NCBI GenBank assembly: GCA_048881705.1
Contig: JBHLSH010000010.1
Location: forward strand, 1-64,000
Source of the DNA: Candidatus Heimdallarchaeota archaeon
GTDB lineage: Archaea > Asgardarchaeota > Heimdallarchaeia > Hodarchaeales > Hodarchaeaceae
Length of the DNA stretch: 64,000 bases
Direction: 5' to 3'
This document shows positions 37,766-47,355 of this stretch, piece by piece. Every line of letters starts with the position of its first letter. The first letter of the stretch is position 1. The notes under the pieces were generated by a model. That model saw only the letters and a list, made by a program, of their open reading frames with translations. It was not told where the DNA came from and made no database searches. Both the position numbers and the translations under genes were made by a program.

Positions 37766-39025
37766 TTATAAAAAGGCGCTTTGACCGAAAGCCCCCTCAT
37801 CAGCCGGATCTAATAAACCCAATAATATCGCTGGCAATCCGCTTCCATCACCATCATCATCATAATACGGATTTTCGGGCCGGGAATCCTGGTCACTAGC
37901 ATACATAAAGGCTTCATACATTGAGACTTTGCCATCGTTATTTAAATCCGAATTTACTATACCCGGATCTCCATTGATTTTTAGTTCAGCAACGGCGCAC
38001 ATGAAGTGATAGACAAATTCATCCCAAGGCCCTTCTGTGTCGCAACCATATGAAGATTGTATTGGACTTGCGGCAGTCAAGATAACTCTGCCTGATTTAC
38101 TTAAAACAGGAATAAAAACACCTGATTTACACTGTTCCATAACAATAATTTCTTGATTATATTGAATATTCACGAGCATATTATTAAGCTCATTGGGAGT
38201 GAGAGCGTAGGGATCCATCGGCCCCCACAGGCTGAGGCCTGAACTCCCGCCATGATTGGTAGTATAAATGAATAAATTATCTGATCGGGTCATCTTGTTC
38301 TGAAGTTCAGTGAACACAGTTTGTATATAGGTATGAGTTGCGGGTCCATGAACAGGAGCAAAGCCATTTTCCGGGATTCCGTCCTTATACACGATATAGA
38401 TGTTCTGCGGATCATAGCCATATAACCATGTCAAAATGAAGTACATAGCAGTGATATCATTCCAGTACCTGGAGTAGGCCTTTTCTGGTTTAATCCCACC
38501 ACTAATCAATACAGCGTATTTCCGTTGGTTGAAGGGAAACTGGGTAATATCATAAAGTTTGGAAGTGTCGATGAACTTGTTTTGTAAATGATTCAATGCC
38601 CCTTCCTTAATAAGTGAGTGAGATCCATATGTAATTTCCAACAAACCTTCGGTTTCATCGGCCCAAGAAATTCGCCCTTTAAGGTGTACTTGCGCTCCTA
38701 TCTGTGTCTGTAGTAATGATGGCACATTACCACCTATTATCAGATAATTGTCCGGTGTTAGTGAATTATTTTCGAATATAACTGGCTCAGTAATCAGCAG
38801 GGATATATTGGATCCTCCTTCGACATAATATCCATCTAGAGTAACCGTTTTCCCGAGGTAATCGGCCTTATTATTATTTAGAATTGTTACAACATCGAGT
38901 GGTACGTCCTCTTGCGGAGTTACTGGAAAGAGGGTTGTAAAATAGTAAAACTGAAATACATTCAAACCAGCAAGACTAACTACGAGGAAAAAAACGAAAA
39001 GAGACTTCTTGGACATGGTAATCAC
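37766..39025 (-). CDS. Secreted or membrane-anchored C13-family (legumain/GPI8-like, clan CD) cysteine peptidase
   Basis: N-terminal hydrophobic helix; YAVLISGG, RYWND, YTTNHGG (His), MEQCKSG (Cys), DLNNDGKVS. Confidence 0.75.
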   Translation of the reverse strand: MITMSKKSLFVFFLVVSLAGLNVFQFYYFTTLFPVTPQEDVPLDVVTILNNNKADYLGKTVTLDGYYVEGGSNISLLITEPVIFENNSLTPDNYLIIGGNVPSLLQTQIGAQVHLKGRISWADETEGLLEITYGSHSLIKEGALNHLQNKFIDTSKLYDITQFPFNQRKYAVLISGGIKPEKAYSRYWNDITAMYFILTWLYGYDPQNIYIVYKDGIPENGFAPVHGPATHTYIQTVFTELQNKMTRSDNLFIYTTNHGGSSGLSLWGPMDPYALTPNELNNMLVNIQYNQEIIVMEQCKSGVFIPVLSKSGRVILTAASPIQSSYGCDTEGPWDEFVYHFMCAVAELKINGDPGIVNSDLNNDGKVSMYEAFMYASDQDSRPENPYYDDDGDGSGLPAILLGLLDPADEGAFGQSAFL

Positions 39026-39154
39026 GATCTCTCTTCGAAATTCACCCCGTTAGTTAAATAGCTGTTTTTACGATATGAATAGAGGGAGTTGAAGTTAGGA
39101 TCTGTTGGATCTTTCTCACTCTACTGATTTGAAAATTCCGCTGGGATTCCGCAA

Positions 39155-41749
39155 TTGGTAGTGGTTGAGATGTTTTTGGTTGCTCTAGGAATATTGTTTA
39201 TTTACGGTCGATTCTTTTTAGGTGAGGCGATCCTTATGAGCTTGGAAGTAATTCAGAAATTAATCCAAGATGAGAAACTAGATGATGCTCTCTCAAGAAT
39301 TGAAATACTCGAGAGGAAGGATCGAATTGAGGGAGAAGTACTTAAGAGCCTCATATTTCGGATACGACGCGATTACGATGGTGCATTATCGATTTTAGAG
39401 AAGATTCTCAATTCCCGCCTGGAACAACTTAATCCTGTTCAAGAATTTGGGGCACGAAATGCGAGAATACAAACCTTGTACAAATTAAGGAGATTTTCTG
39501 AGATTACAGAAGAAGTCGAAATGTGTGACATTATTTTATCGAAAATGAATGATTCTGACAGGCAAAAAATACGGGAATGGGAAGGAGAATTATTGGCATT
39601 TAAGGGGGGGTTTCAAATTTCTATTGGTGAATTCGATAAAGCCTTAGATTTTTTCAAAAGAAGCTTGAACTTGTTTAGGGAAATCAATCATAAACGAGGT
39701 ATTTATTATCAATTAAATAATATAGGCTGGATATTGAGGGCCAGAGGAAGTTTAGACGAAGCGCAATACTATATACAGAAACAATTGGAAATCAGTAAAG
39801 CGATAGGGAATACCAAGTATATCGCTTGGTCCAATTATTCCCTAGGTTACATCCACTATTATAAAGGGGAATTAGACGCAGCATTACGATGTGCTGAAGA
39901 AAGTTTTGAGATCTTTGATGATTTAGAACATGAGATAGGTCTTTCTGAAGTTTCAACTCTTATGGGTTCAGTCCATCAAGGAAAAGGAAATTTTAGGAAA
40001 GGTATTCAGTATTATGATAAAGCTCTAAAGGATTATTCTCCATCTTCATCTCGGGATGTTCCCCATGGTTATTGTGTTACCTTTCGGTATTTGGGCGCTG
40101 TTCATTATCACCAAGGTGAACTAGAAAAGGCGATTGAATATTTCAACAAAGCAATTGATATTCACAAGTCAATATGCAAATCCAGAAATACTTTCTTGGA
40201 TTTTGAGCTGGCCATCCTTCATTTGTACTTAACCATGGTATATGTTGAACTCCACAATGAACAACAAATCGACGTGTCACAGCAGAAGCTGGATGAATAC
40301 GTAGAGCGGTGGCCATGGCTAGATGTTGTAAAAAAGCTAGCTCAGGCGCTCGTTTTAAAAGAAAAAAAAAGAGCAGTCTACAGATTTCAAGCTCAACAGA
40401 TTCTGCAAGAAATCAAGGAAGACAAATTTGACTATGAAATTGAGTTTATGATCAAAGTAAATCTCTGTGAATTATTATTAGATGAACTGAAATATTCCGG
40501 AGAAGAAACAATTATATTAGATATTCAACAATTATTAGATCAGATTTCAAATCTAGCAGACAAACAAAGATCGATTACGACCTTGGTATCCTTATATTCC
40601 CTTCAAGCAAGGCTTTCATTAATTGAAGGCAAATCCGACCTATCGAAAGAATTACTTGAAAAAGCGCTTGCGATCGCTGAAGATAAAGGATTAGGACTGA
40701 TATATTCAAAATTATTAATTCAGCGGCAGGAATTTATAGGTCAATTAGATGAATGGAAAAAACTATTTATCCGTAATTCGACATTACAGGAAAGGATTGA
40801 GCTTTTAAACCTCCGTGAATACATTTCGAACGCCATAAATGATGTCTTAGAAGATAAGTTCAAAACGCTAACAAGATTCAAATTGGTCTATAAGGATCTA
40901 TATCATTCTCATGCTAGAACTCAGAAGCATAAATGTCGAATCGGAATAGCCCAAATAGGAATCTCGGAAACTGATGATATTCTAAGCGATCTCTTTTGTT
41001 CAAAAATTCCTGGTTTGTTTAATATACGGAAAGAAAAAGTTGAATTCATCAGAAATTCGATCAAAAACAAAATACGGAGGGCTTTCGCGAAGGGCATCAA
41101 CATTCTGTTATTCCCCGAGCTTATCGTCGACCTGAATTACAAGTTTTTAAGAGAGGATATCTCAAAATCTGCTCAGATGTATGGAATGTACATAATTCCT
41201 GGGTCCTTTCATGATCAAACGACCAATCGAAATACAAGTATTGTGTTTGGCCCAAAAGGTGTGCTGTGGGAGCAAGAGAAGCATCACCCTGCAACCATCT
41301 ATGTTGCTGGAAAAAAGATCAAGGAGGGCATATCCGTTGATAAATTTCCCAGAAACACCATTGTATGCAATACAGAGTACGGAAGGATGGCAATCTTAAT
41401 CTGTCGCGATTTTCTTGATCTGGATTTCAGAGCAGAGTTGAAAAACTTCGATCCACCAGTAGACATTATTTTTAATCCAGCTTTTACACCAGTTACCGCT
41501 GATTTCAAAGCGGCGCATTTCGATGCCCGAAGATCGATTTATGCTTACTGTTTCTTTGCCAATATTGCCGAGTTTGGTGATTCTTTCATCTATACTCCTG
41601 AAAAGGAGAGAACAGAATATAAGATTCCCCCTAAAAAGGAAGATTTGATCTATAAAGATGTAGACATTTTTCAGCTACGCTCTGAGAGAAAAAAGTGGGA
41701 GAAAGAAATGAAAAAGACAAGATCGTTTATCCAGAGCACTCGGACATAA
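39155..41749 (+). CDS. TPR-repeat protein with C-terminal carbon-nitrogen hydrolase (nitrilase-superfamily) domain (likely start ATG 39237)
   Basis: Canonical TPRs (NNIGWILRARGSLDEAQYY, RYLGAVHYHQGELEKAIEYF); LFPELI, QEKHHP, LICRDF triad; domain approx. 40934-41749. Confidence 0.87.
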   Translation: MVVVEMFLVALGILFIYGRFFLGEAILMSLEVIQKLIQDEKLDDALSRIEILERKDRIEGEVLKSLIFRIRRDYDGALSILEKILNSRLEQLNPVQEFGARNARIQTLYKLRRFSEITEEVEMCDIILSKMNDSDRQKIREWEGELLAFKGGFQISIGEFDKALDFFKRSLNLFREINHKRGIYYQLNNIGWILRARGSLDEAQYYIQKQLEISKAIGNTKYIAWSNYSLGYIHYYKGELDAALRCAEESFEIFDDLEHEIGLSEVSTLMGSVHQGKGNFRKGIQYYDKALKDYSPSSSRDVPHGYCVTFRYLGAVHYHQGELEKAIEYFNKAIDIHKSICKSRNTFLDFELAILHLYLTMVYVELHNEQQIDVSQQKLDEYVERWPWLDVVKKLAQALVLKEKKRAVYRFQAQQILQEIKEDKFDYEIEFMIKVNLCELLLDELKYSGEETIILDIQQLLDQISNLADKQRSITTLVSLYSLQARLSLIEGKSDLSKELLEKALAIAEDKGLGLIYSKLLIQRQEFIGQLDEWKKLFIRNSTLQERIELLNLREYISNAINDVLEDKFKTLTRFKLVYKDLYHSHARTQKHKCRIGIAQIGISETDDILSDLFCSKIPGLFNIRKEKVEFIRNSIKNKIRRAFAKGINILLFPELIVDLNYKFLREDISKSAQMYGMYIIPGSFHDQTTNRNTSIVFGPKGVLWEQEKHHPATIYVAGKKIKEGISVDKFPRNTIVCNTEYGRMAILICRDFLDLDFRAELKNFDPPVDIIFNPAFTPVTADFKAAHFDARRSIYAYCFFANIAEFGDSFIYTPEKERTEYKIPPKKEDLIYKDVDIFQLRSERKKWEKEMKKTRSFIQSTRT

Positions 41750-41771
41750 AAAAAGAAAAAAAAGGAGAAAA
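41748..41771 (-). terminator. Oligo-T tract, probable archaeal terminator for the thiolase / HAD-ECH transcript
   Basis: Minus strand reads TTTTCTCCTTTTTTTTCTTTTTTT just after the stop at 41775, between convergent genes. Confidence 0.5.
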
Positions 41772-41774
41772 TAG

Positions 41775-43760
41775 CTATTTTCCTTGGAACTCGGGTTCTT
41801 TTTTCTGGAACATTGACATAATTCCCTCTTTCGCATCTTCGGTCAAGAAGGCGATTCCAGCCCCTAGTGATTCCATTTGAAGTCCTATATCGATCGGAAC
41901 TTCTGCTGCTTGGTTAACTAACCGCTTTGCTATCCCAACTGAAATAGGGGCACTCAATTTGGCCACTTTTTTCGCATATTTATCGACATATTCCTCGAAA
42001 TCTTCCTCGTCGACTTCTTTATTAATGAGGCCGATTTCTTCTGCCTCTTCCGCATCTATTCGTTTCGCAGTTAATATCATTTCCATCGTTCGGCCCAAGC
42101 CAATGTGTCGGCGTAAGTTCTGGGTGCCTCCCCATCCTGGGATAATTCCAAGGCCGACCTCTGTTAATCCCATCTTGGTTTTTTCAGAAGCAATTCTTAG
42201 ATCACAACTCATAGCTAGCTCTAAACCACCTGCAAAACAGTATTTCTGCATGGCAGCAATGACGACCTTTGGGATATCTCTTAATTTCTTGAAGGTATAT
42301 TGCCCTTTTCTAACCATGTTAACGACAAACCACGAGTCTGCGTCAAGGAATTTCGAAATATCAAGCTCAAATCCTGCAGAAAAGACCCGATTTTCACCAC
42401 GAATCACGATAACTCGTGTTTTATTATCATTCCAAAGTAAATCCAGGGCTGCGGATAGATCATCTAAAACTTGTTCATTAATCAAGTTTGGGTAAGGCCT
42501 AGCAAACCAGATCGTCGTAACAAAGTTGTCTGGATCCCGATCGAGACGGATGGTTTCAAATTCATCTTCTTTCTTCTCTTGTTTGGCCGTTGTACCCTTT
42601 GCAATATCCAATAAAGTTCCTTCACGGATATACTTGTGAGCCTTAAAGATTTCAGTACCAAATTTCTCCGCCAAACCGTCTAAGAACTCTGTCAACTCTT
42701 TGAAATCCTGTCCTTCCGCCATTTCTATAGGACCAAAAGCACTCATTCCCAGTTTCATCCCCGTATCTATTTCTTCCGCAGAGCAAAGTCCTTCTTCCAG
42801 AATTTTTGATGCTTCATTGATTTGGATCTTAATTAGATTCATTAGATCAAAATCTGACTCCACGGATGTGTCGATCATCGGCCTTCCAACCTCAGGCCAC
42901 TTGTAATACCCTTCTCCTGTTTTTTTCCCTAGTTTGTTTTCCTTAATCATCTTTTCCAGAGTGGGCGTTGGTTTATAGTCCTGATGGAGGCGTTCTGCCC
43001 AGTATTTCATGGAATGATATCCAATGTCTACTCCTGAATTATCGAGCATCAGGAAGACTCCCATGGGTAAGCCCATCTGGTTTGCCGCAGAATCTATCTG
43101 TTCAACGGTGTATTCGCCACGATCAATCAACAATTGCAGGTATAGGCTGGTTGGAGCTCCAATCCGATTTACAATAAATCCGGGACTATCCTTTTTACAA
43201 ATAATAGAAGTTTTTTTCATCTTCTTTGTAACGTCAACAAGTATAGAGACCGTTTCATCAGAAGTTTTCTCGCCACGAGTTATTTCGATTAAATTCATCA
43301 GAACTACGGGATTGAAATAGTGCATCCCAACCACCTTCTCAGGTCGGCTTGTGGCTGCTCCCAGTTCATTTATACTCATATTGGAAGTATTAGAAGCTAG
43401 AATGGCACTCTTTGGCGCGAACTCATCTAAATTTCCGAATATTTTCTTCTTAAGCTCGAGATTTTCAGGCGCTGCTTCGATAACCAATTCTGCATTACGG
43501 ACCGCCTCTTCCAGATCGATAGTTATCTTTAAGTTTCCCATAAATTTATCTCGATCGCCTTTTGCAATTCTGCCTTTTTCCTCAAACTTGTTGAGACTCC
43601 AATCAATTCGTGACTTTCCTTTTTCAACGAATTCGTCTGCAATGTCATATAAATTGACTTTAAAACCCGCCATTAGCGCGGCTTGCCCAATACCGTGACC
43701 CATATCACCAGCACCGACAACTGCTACAGTCTTAATATCGTTAACATTCACTATTTTCAC
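41775..43760 (-). CDS. 3-hydroxyacyl-CoA dehydrogenase / enoyl-CoA hydratase fusion (archaeal domain order)
   Basis: VVGAGDMGHGI, ASNTSNM, GMHYFNP, SPGFIVNR; then FSAGFEL, FAGGLELAMSCDLR, PGWGGTQ. Confidence 0.93.
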   Translation of the reverse strand: MKIVNVNDIKTVAVVGAGDMGHGIGQAALMAGFKVNLYDIADEFVEKGKSRIDWSLNKFEEKGRIAKGDRDKFMGNLKITIDLEEAVRNAELVIEAAPENLELKKKIFGNLDEFAPKSAILASNTSNMSINELGAATSRPEKVVGMHYFNPVVLMNLIEITRGEKTSDETVSILVDVTKKMKKTSIICKKDSPGFIVNRIGAPTSLYLQLLIDRGEYTVEQIDSAANQMGLPMGVFLMLDNSGVDIGYHSMKYWAERLHQDYKPTPTLEKMIKENKLGKKTGEGYYKWPEVGRPMIDTSVESDFDLMNLIKIQINEASKILEEGLCSAEEIDTGMKLGMSAFGPIEMAEGQDFKELTEFLDGLAEKFGTEIFKAHKYIREGTLLDIAKGTTAKQEKKEDEFETIRLDRDPDNFVTTIWFARPYPNLINEQVLDDLSAALDLLWNDNKTRVIVIRGENRVFSAGFELDISKFLDADSWFVVNMVRKGQYTFKKLRDIPKVVIAAMQKYCFAGGLELAMSCDLRIASEKTKMGLTEVGLGIIPGWGGTQNLRRHIGLGRTMEMILTAKRIDAEEAEEIGLINKEVDEEDFEEYVDKYAKKVAKLSAPISVGIAKRLVNQAAEVPIDIGLQMESLGAGIAFLTEDAKEGIMSMFQKKEPEFQGK

Positions 43761-43808
43761 CTCTAATTGTATTCTAACTTTTCGTATACACGCAAACTCA
43801 GAAAATTA

Positions 43809-44996
43809 TCAGCCACCTTTTTCGATAACCGTGGCTATCCCTTGGCCTCCGCCGATGCATGCAGTCGAAAGGCCATATTGACCATCTTCCCAATGAAGAA
43901 TCCGAGCTAGAGTTCCCACGATACGTGTTCCTGTGGCACCAAGGGGATGACCTATGGCAATAGCCCCGCCTTTCACGTTAACCCTATTTCTATCTAGGCT
44001 CAATTCTTTGATGGCGTTAAGAGCTACAACTGCAAATGCTTCATTAATTTCCCAGAAATCGATGTCCGAGACTTGCAGGCCTGCATTCTGTACAGCTTTC
44101 TGACTTGCAGGCACAGGGCCATGTCCCATAATACCAGGATTAACCCCTGCCCAGCCCATAGATTTAATCGTTGCCAGAGGATCTATACCATATTCCCTTG
44201 CTTTTTCTCTTGACATGAGAATCATAGCTGATGCCCCTGCGTTTAATGGAGAGGAGTTTCCCGCGGTTATCACCCCTTCGAAGTCAAATACGGGACTAAG
44301 GCCTTGCATTGACTCCATGGTTCCCCCTCGTCTGACGCTAGCATCTAGGTCGAACGTCTCCCCGTTCACTTTTATTGGCAAGATTTCGTCTTTAAAGAAT
44401 CCTTCATCTTGTGCTTTCGCTGCGAACTCATGAGATTCAAGGCTATATTGATCAAGATCCTCTCGGGTTAATCCAAACCTTTCAGCGACTCTTTTGAATA
44501 ACTTTTCAGCTGTAAATCCCATAACGAAACCGGTCGCAAAATCGTAATTATCATATTTGTCTTCGCTCGCTAAAAACATTGGAGGGTCCATGTGGGGATT
44601 ATTGGCCATTGGGACGTGCGTCATATGTTCAAGGCCCGCAGATATCACAATATCGGAATATCCAGTCATTATTTGCATAGCCCCAGTGTGAATTGTATTC
44701 ATAGAAGAGCCACATTGACGATCAATACTTTGAGCTGTCACTGTTTCCGGTAATTCGGCCATTGCAACAATTCCCCGGCCTCCGTATAGCCATTGTTCTC
44801 CCACTTGGATCGCACAGCCTATTAATACATCACCAATCTCCTTTGGATTGATACCCTTTCGTTCGACCATAGTTTTGATCAATTTTCCTGTCATTTGGTC
44901 CATACGAAAAGGGTTAAGCTTATCTCGTTCAGGTTGATTTGGTCGTGATCGTGAGAATGGTGTACGGAGATAATCTGCAATTACAACTTCTTTCAT
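43809..44996 (-). CDS. Acetyl-CoA C-acyltransferase (thiolase)
   Basis: DRQCGSS (Cys), TAGNSSPLNAGA, EINEAFA, GGAIAIGHPLGATG, CIGGGQG. Confidence 0.95.
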   Translation of the reverse strand: MKEVVIADYLRTPFSRSRPNQPERDKLNPFRMDQMTGKLIKTMVERKGINPKEIGDVLIGCAIQVGEQWLYGGRGIVAMAELPETVTAQSIDRQCGSSMNTIHTGAMQIMTGYSDIVISAGLEHMTHVPMANNPHMDPPMFLASEDKYDNYDFATGFVMGFTAEKLFKRVAERFGLTREDLDQYSLESHEFAAKAQDEGFFKDEILPIKVNGETFDLDASVRRGGTMESMQGLSPVFDFEGVITAGNSSPLNAGASAMILMSREKAREYGIDPLATIKSMGWAGVNPGIMGHGPVPASQKAVQNAGLQVSDIDFWEINEAFAVVALNAIKELSLDRNRVNVKGGAIAIGHPLGATGTRIVGTLARILHWEDGQYGLSTACIGGGQGIATVIEKGG

Positions 44997-45342
44997 ATAA
45001 TGTCACCTATTCCATTTCTTCTAAAGCTTTGATTCTATATTCATTTGTATAGAAAACGTACTGTTGGAGTTTATACCAAGAAAAAAGCATTTACGTTTTC
45101 AATATTAAACTTTGAAGTACCTTAACGAATTAGATTATAAAAACTTGTGCCCCAAATTGGAGGATGACTTAATTGGGGCTATATTGTGATTATTTCAAAA
45201 TGGATGAAATTGAAATTATGCAGCACCATCCATAGCTGGATTTCTTGAAATACTTGCCACCCTGTTTATCCAGCCGATAAAGCGTGTATTGGCCAAATAA
45301 AAAAAGAGATATTTAGAGTGAAACCGTTCCTCCAGAACTGGC

Positions 45343-45687
45343 TTAACTCTGTAGTTTTTTAATTACAGGTAAGAGCTTCATTGTCCCCATTACATCCCCT
45401 TCGATTTTGTATTTCTTTGCAAAGAAGGCTTTTTGCGCATCCTCTTTTCCTGCAGCAATATCAGCCCAAATTTGGCCTGGTCCTACTATGGTAAAACTAG
45501 GTTTTTCATGTGGACCTTCAACAAACTCCGCTGATCCATCTGCCTTATGGAGGACATGAAAAGGACCATCCTCGCCATCCAATTTATACATAGCAACTTT
45601 CTCCCAATTTTTGAGCATCCCACGAACTTCTTCACTGCTATTTATTGAATTCACAAATTCAATTACTGTATCTTTACCAATGCCCAT
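45343..45687 (-). CDS. SCP2 sterol/lipid-carrier domain protein
   Basis: PSFTI...WADIAAGKEDAQKAFFAKKYKIEGDVMGTMKL. Confidence 0.88.
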   Translation of the reverse strand: MGIGKDTVIEFVNSINSSEEVRGMLKNWEKVAMYKLDGEDGPFHVLHKADGSAEFVEGPHEKPSFTIVGPGQIWADIAAGKEDAQKAFFAKKYKIEGDVMGTMKLLPVIKKLQS

Positions 45688-45993
45688 ATTTCATCACTTT
45701 TCGCTTGGATAGTATAGAAAAAATCTGCTGGTTCACTCTGTGATAGGAGTAACCATTTTGATAGTTTCATCCTTTACATCTCTCGGCGCATTTTTAAAAA
45801 CATCGTCTTATTTTTGAAATACATTATAGCTTGGTTCTTTGTAGGGAATAAAAGAGAGGAATGAATAACGCGGTAATTTCACCCGCAGGTGAAAATCCCC
45901 GAACTAATCTGGTTCTAACATCCATTAAACGGGGAAGGAAACTAGGCAGTTTTAATGCGCGATTAATATTTTTCAGAGGATTGATTTATTCCT

Positions 45994-46506
45994 TTATAAC
46001 TGTAGAATCCTTAAGTATTCGATCCAAGGCCCCACGACATGTTTATAGCGCAGTGATAGTGTCTCAATGATTTGAAAAAGGTGGGTATAGTCGTGAACAA
46101 CCCATGTCGCTAAATGCTGTTTTAAAGTCACCTCACCTAATTCGGGATGAATTCCAGTTCTCAGGAGATCATTAATTTCTACCTCTTTCTCCAAAATATC
46201 TAGATTAGCAGCTCTCAATGTTTCAAATTGTGATAAAGATTCTTCCAATCCTAGAGACGTATCGAAGCCAGTCCGTTCAAAAGGAGGAAATTTCTTTGGT
46301 GGATCGTTATCTAACATTAGTCTCATTCGAGGTATCCAGTCATATTTTTCACCCAATATAAGGTGCCCAATTACATCCTTTGGAGAGAAGGCTGCATCGT
46401 GTTTGCGAAAGTTCAGCCACTGAACATCTAGATTTTCCAATAACTTCCTCAATATGGACGGGGTTCGCGATAATATATCCACTGTATCTTTTAAAGAGTA
46501 AACCAT
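45994..46506 (-). CDS. DinB-family protein
   Basis: LSRTP, FSPKDVIGHL, WIPR, WVVHDYTHL. Confidence 0.85.
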   Translation of the reverse strand: MVYSLKDTVDILSRTPSILRKLLENLDVQWLNFRKHDAAFSPKDVIGHLILGEKYDWIPRMRLMLDNDPPKKFPPFERTGFDTSLGLEESLSQFETLRAANLDILEKEVEINDLLRTGIHPELGEVTLKQHLATWVVHDYTHLFQIIETLSLRYKHVVGPWIEYLRILQL

Positions 46507-46640
46507 GGCATGAATGGATTATTGGATCGCAATTATAAACCAAGGGTTATTGGTGAGAAAAAGAGTGTCTCCTCTGATTTTAAAAAAGTCTAATTTAAGA
46601 TGGAATAGGTCCGATTAAGGGGTATTTGAAGACAATAATG

Positions 46641-47327
46641 TTATTTGAATAGCTCTAAGAGTTCAGAAAAGGCAGAAATGGTCAAATCAGCTTCCTTTAC
46701 CTCATCATATCCAAAACCGAACGAGCATCCAATCGCAATTCCCCCGTTGGCTTTAGCCGCCTGGATATCATGGATTCGATCTCCAACAACCACGAATCTT
46801 GAGTTTTTTGAGCCGAATCTTTTGAGTATTTCCTTTACCATCCACTCCTTATTTTTCCCAGGGTAATATCCTGCCGCAAATATTTCTTCAAAATAGGGTG
46901 AAAGACTGAAACGAGACAGTGCGGCCTCAATATAATCAATTCGCGCATTAGTACACATTGCCAATCTGTAACCTCGCTCTTTCAGTTTATCCAATGTTTC
47001 TAATACATACGGATATAGTTCTCCCTTTCCCGATTTGAATGCTTGAATTTCGGCAGTCTCGACACATTCTGCAAATTCCCCAATAATCTTGGGTTCAGAC
47101 GTGGATAGAATATCAGGATATATTTCAAATGCTTGTTTCCCAAATTGTGTGAAGATCTCCTCGTTCGAGGGCCTTCGAGCAAATAGATGGTGAGTTTTAT
47201 TGATCTTATCCAAGCATTCCTGAAATATTTTAAGACTTAAAGCTTCACTCCGATAAAGAGTCCCATCAAAATCAAAAATGATGATGTCTACCTGATCAAA
47301 GCTATGAAGCGAATCCACTTGATGCAC
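46641..47327 (-). CDS. HAD-superfamily hydrolase
   Basis: IFDFDGTL, CTNA, VVGDRIHDIQAA. Confidence 0.88.
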   Translation of the reverse strand: MHQVDSLHSFDQVDIIIFDFDGTLYRSEALSLKIFQECLDKINKTHHLFARRPSNEEIFTQFGKQAFEIYPDILSTSEPKIIGEFAECVETAEIQAFKSGKGELYPYVLETLDKLKERGYRLAMCTNARIDYIEAALSRFSLSPYFEEIFAAGYYPGKNKEWMVKEILKRFGSKNSRFVVVGDRIHDIQAAKANGGIAIGCSFGFGYDEVKEADLTISAFSELLELFK

Positions 47328-47355
47328 CCAATTCGGCCAGGACGTTACTGATCAC

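Noticed and set aside
45840-45960. GGTGAAAATCC resembling the cobalamin riboswitch core
   Set aside because: It lacks the adjacent GGGAA and the downstream CCC..ACTGT / B12-box elements; kept only as a low-interest hairpin.
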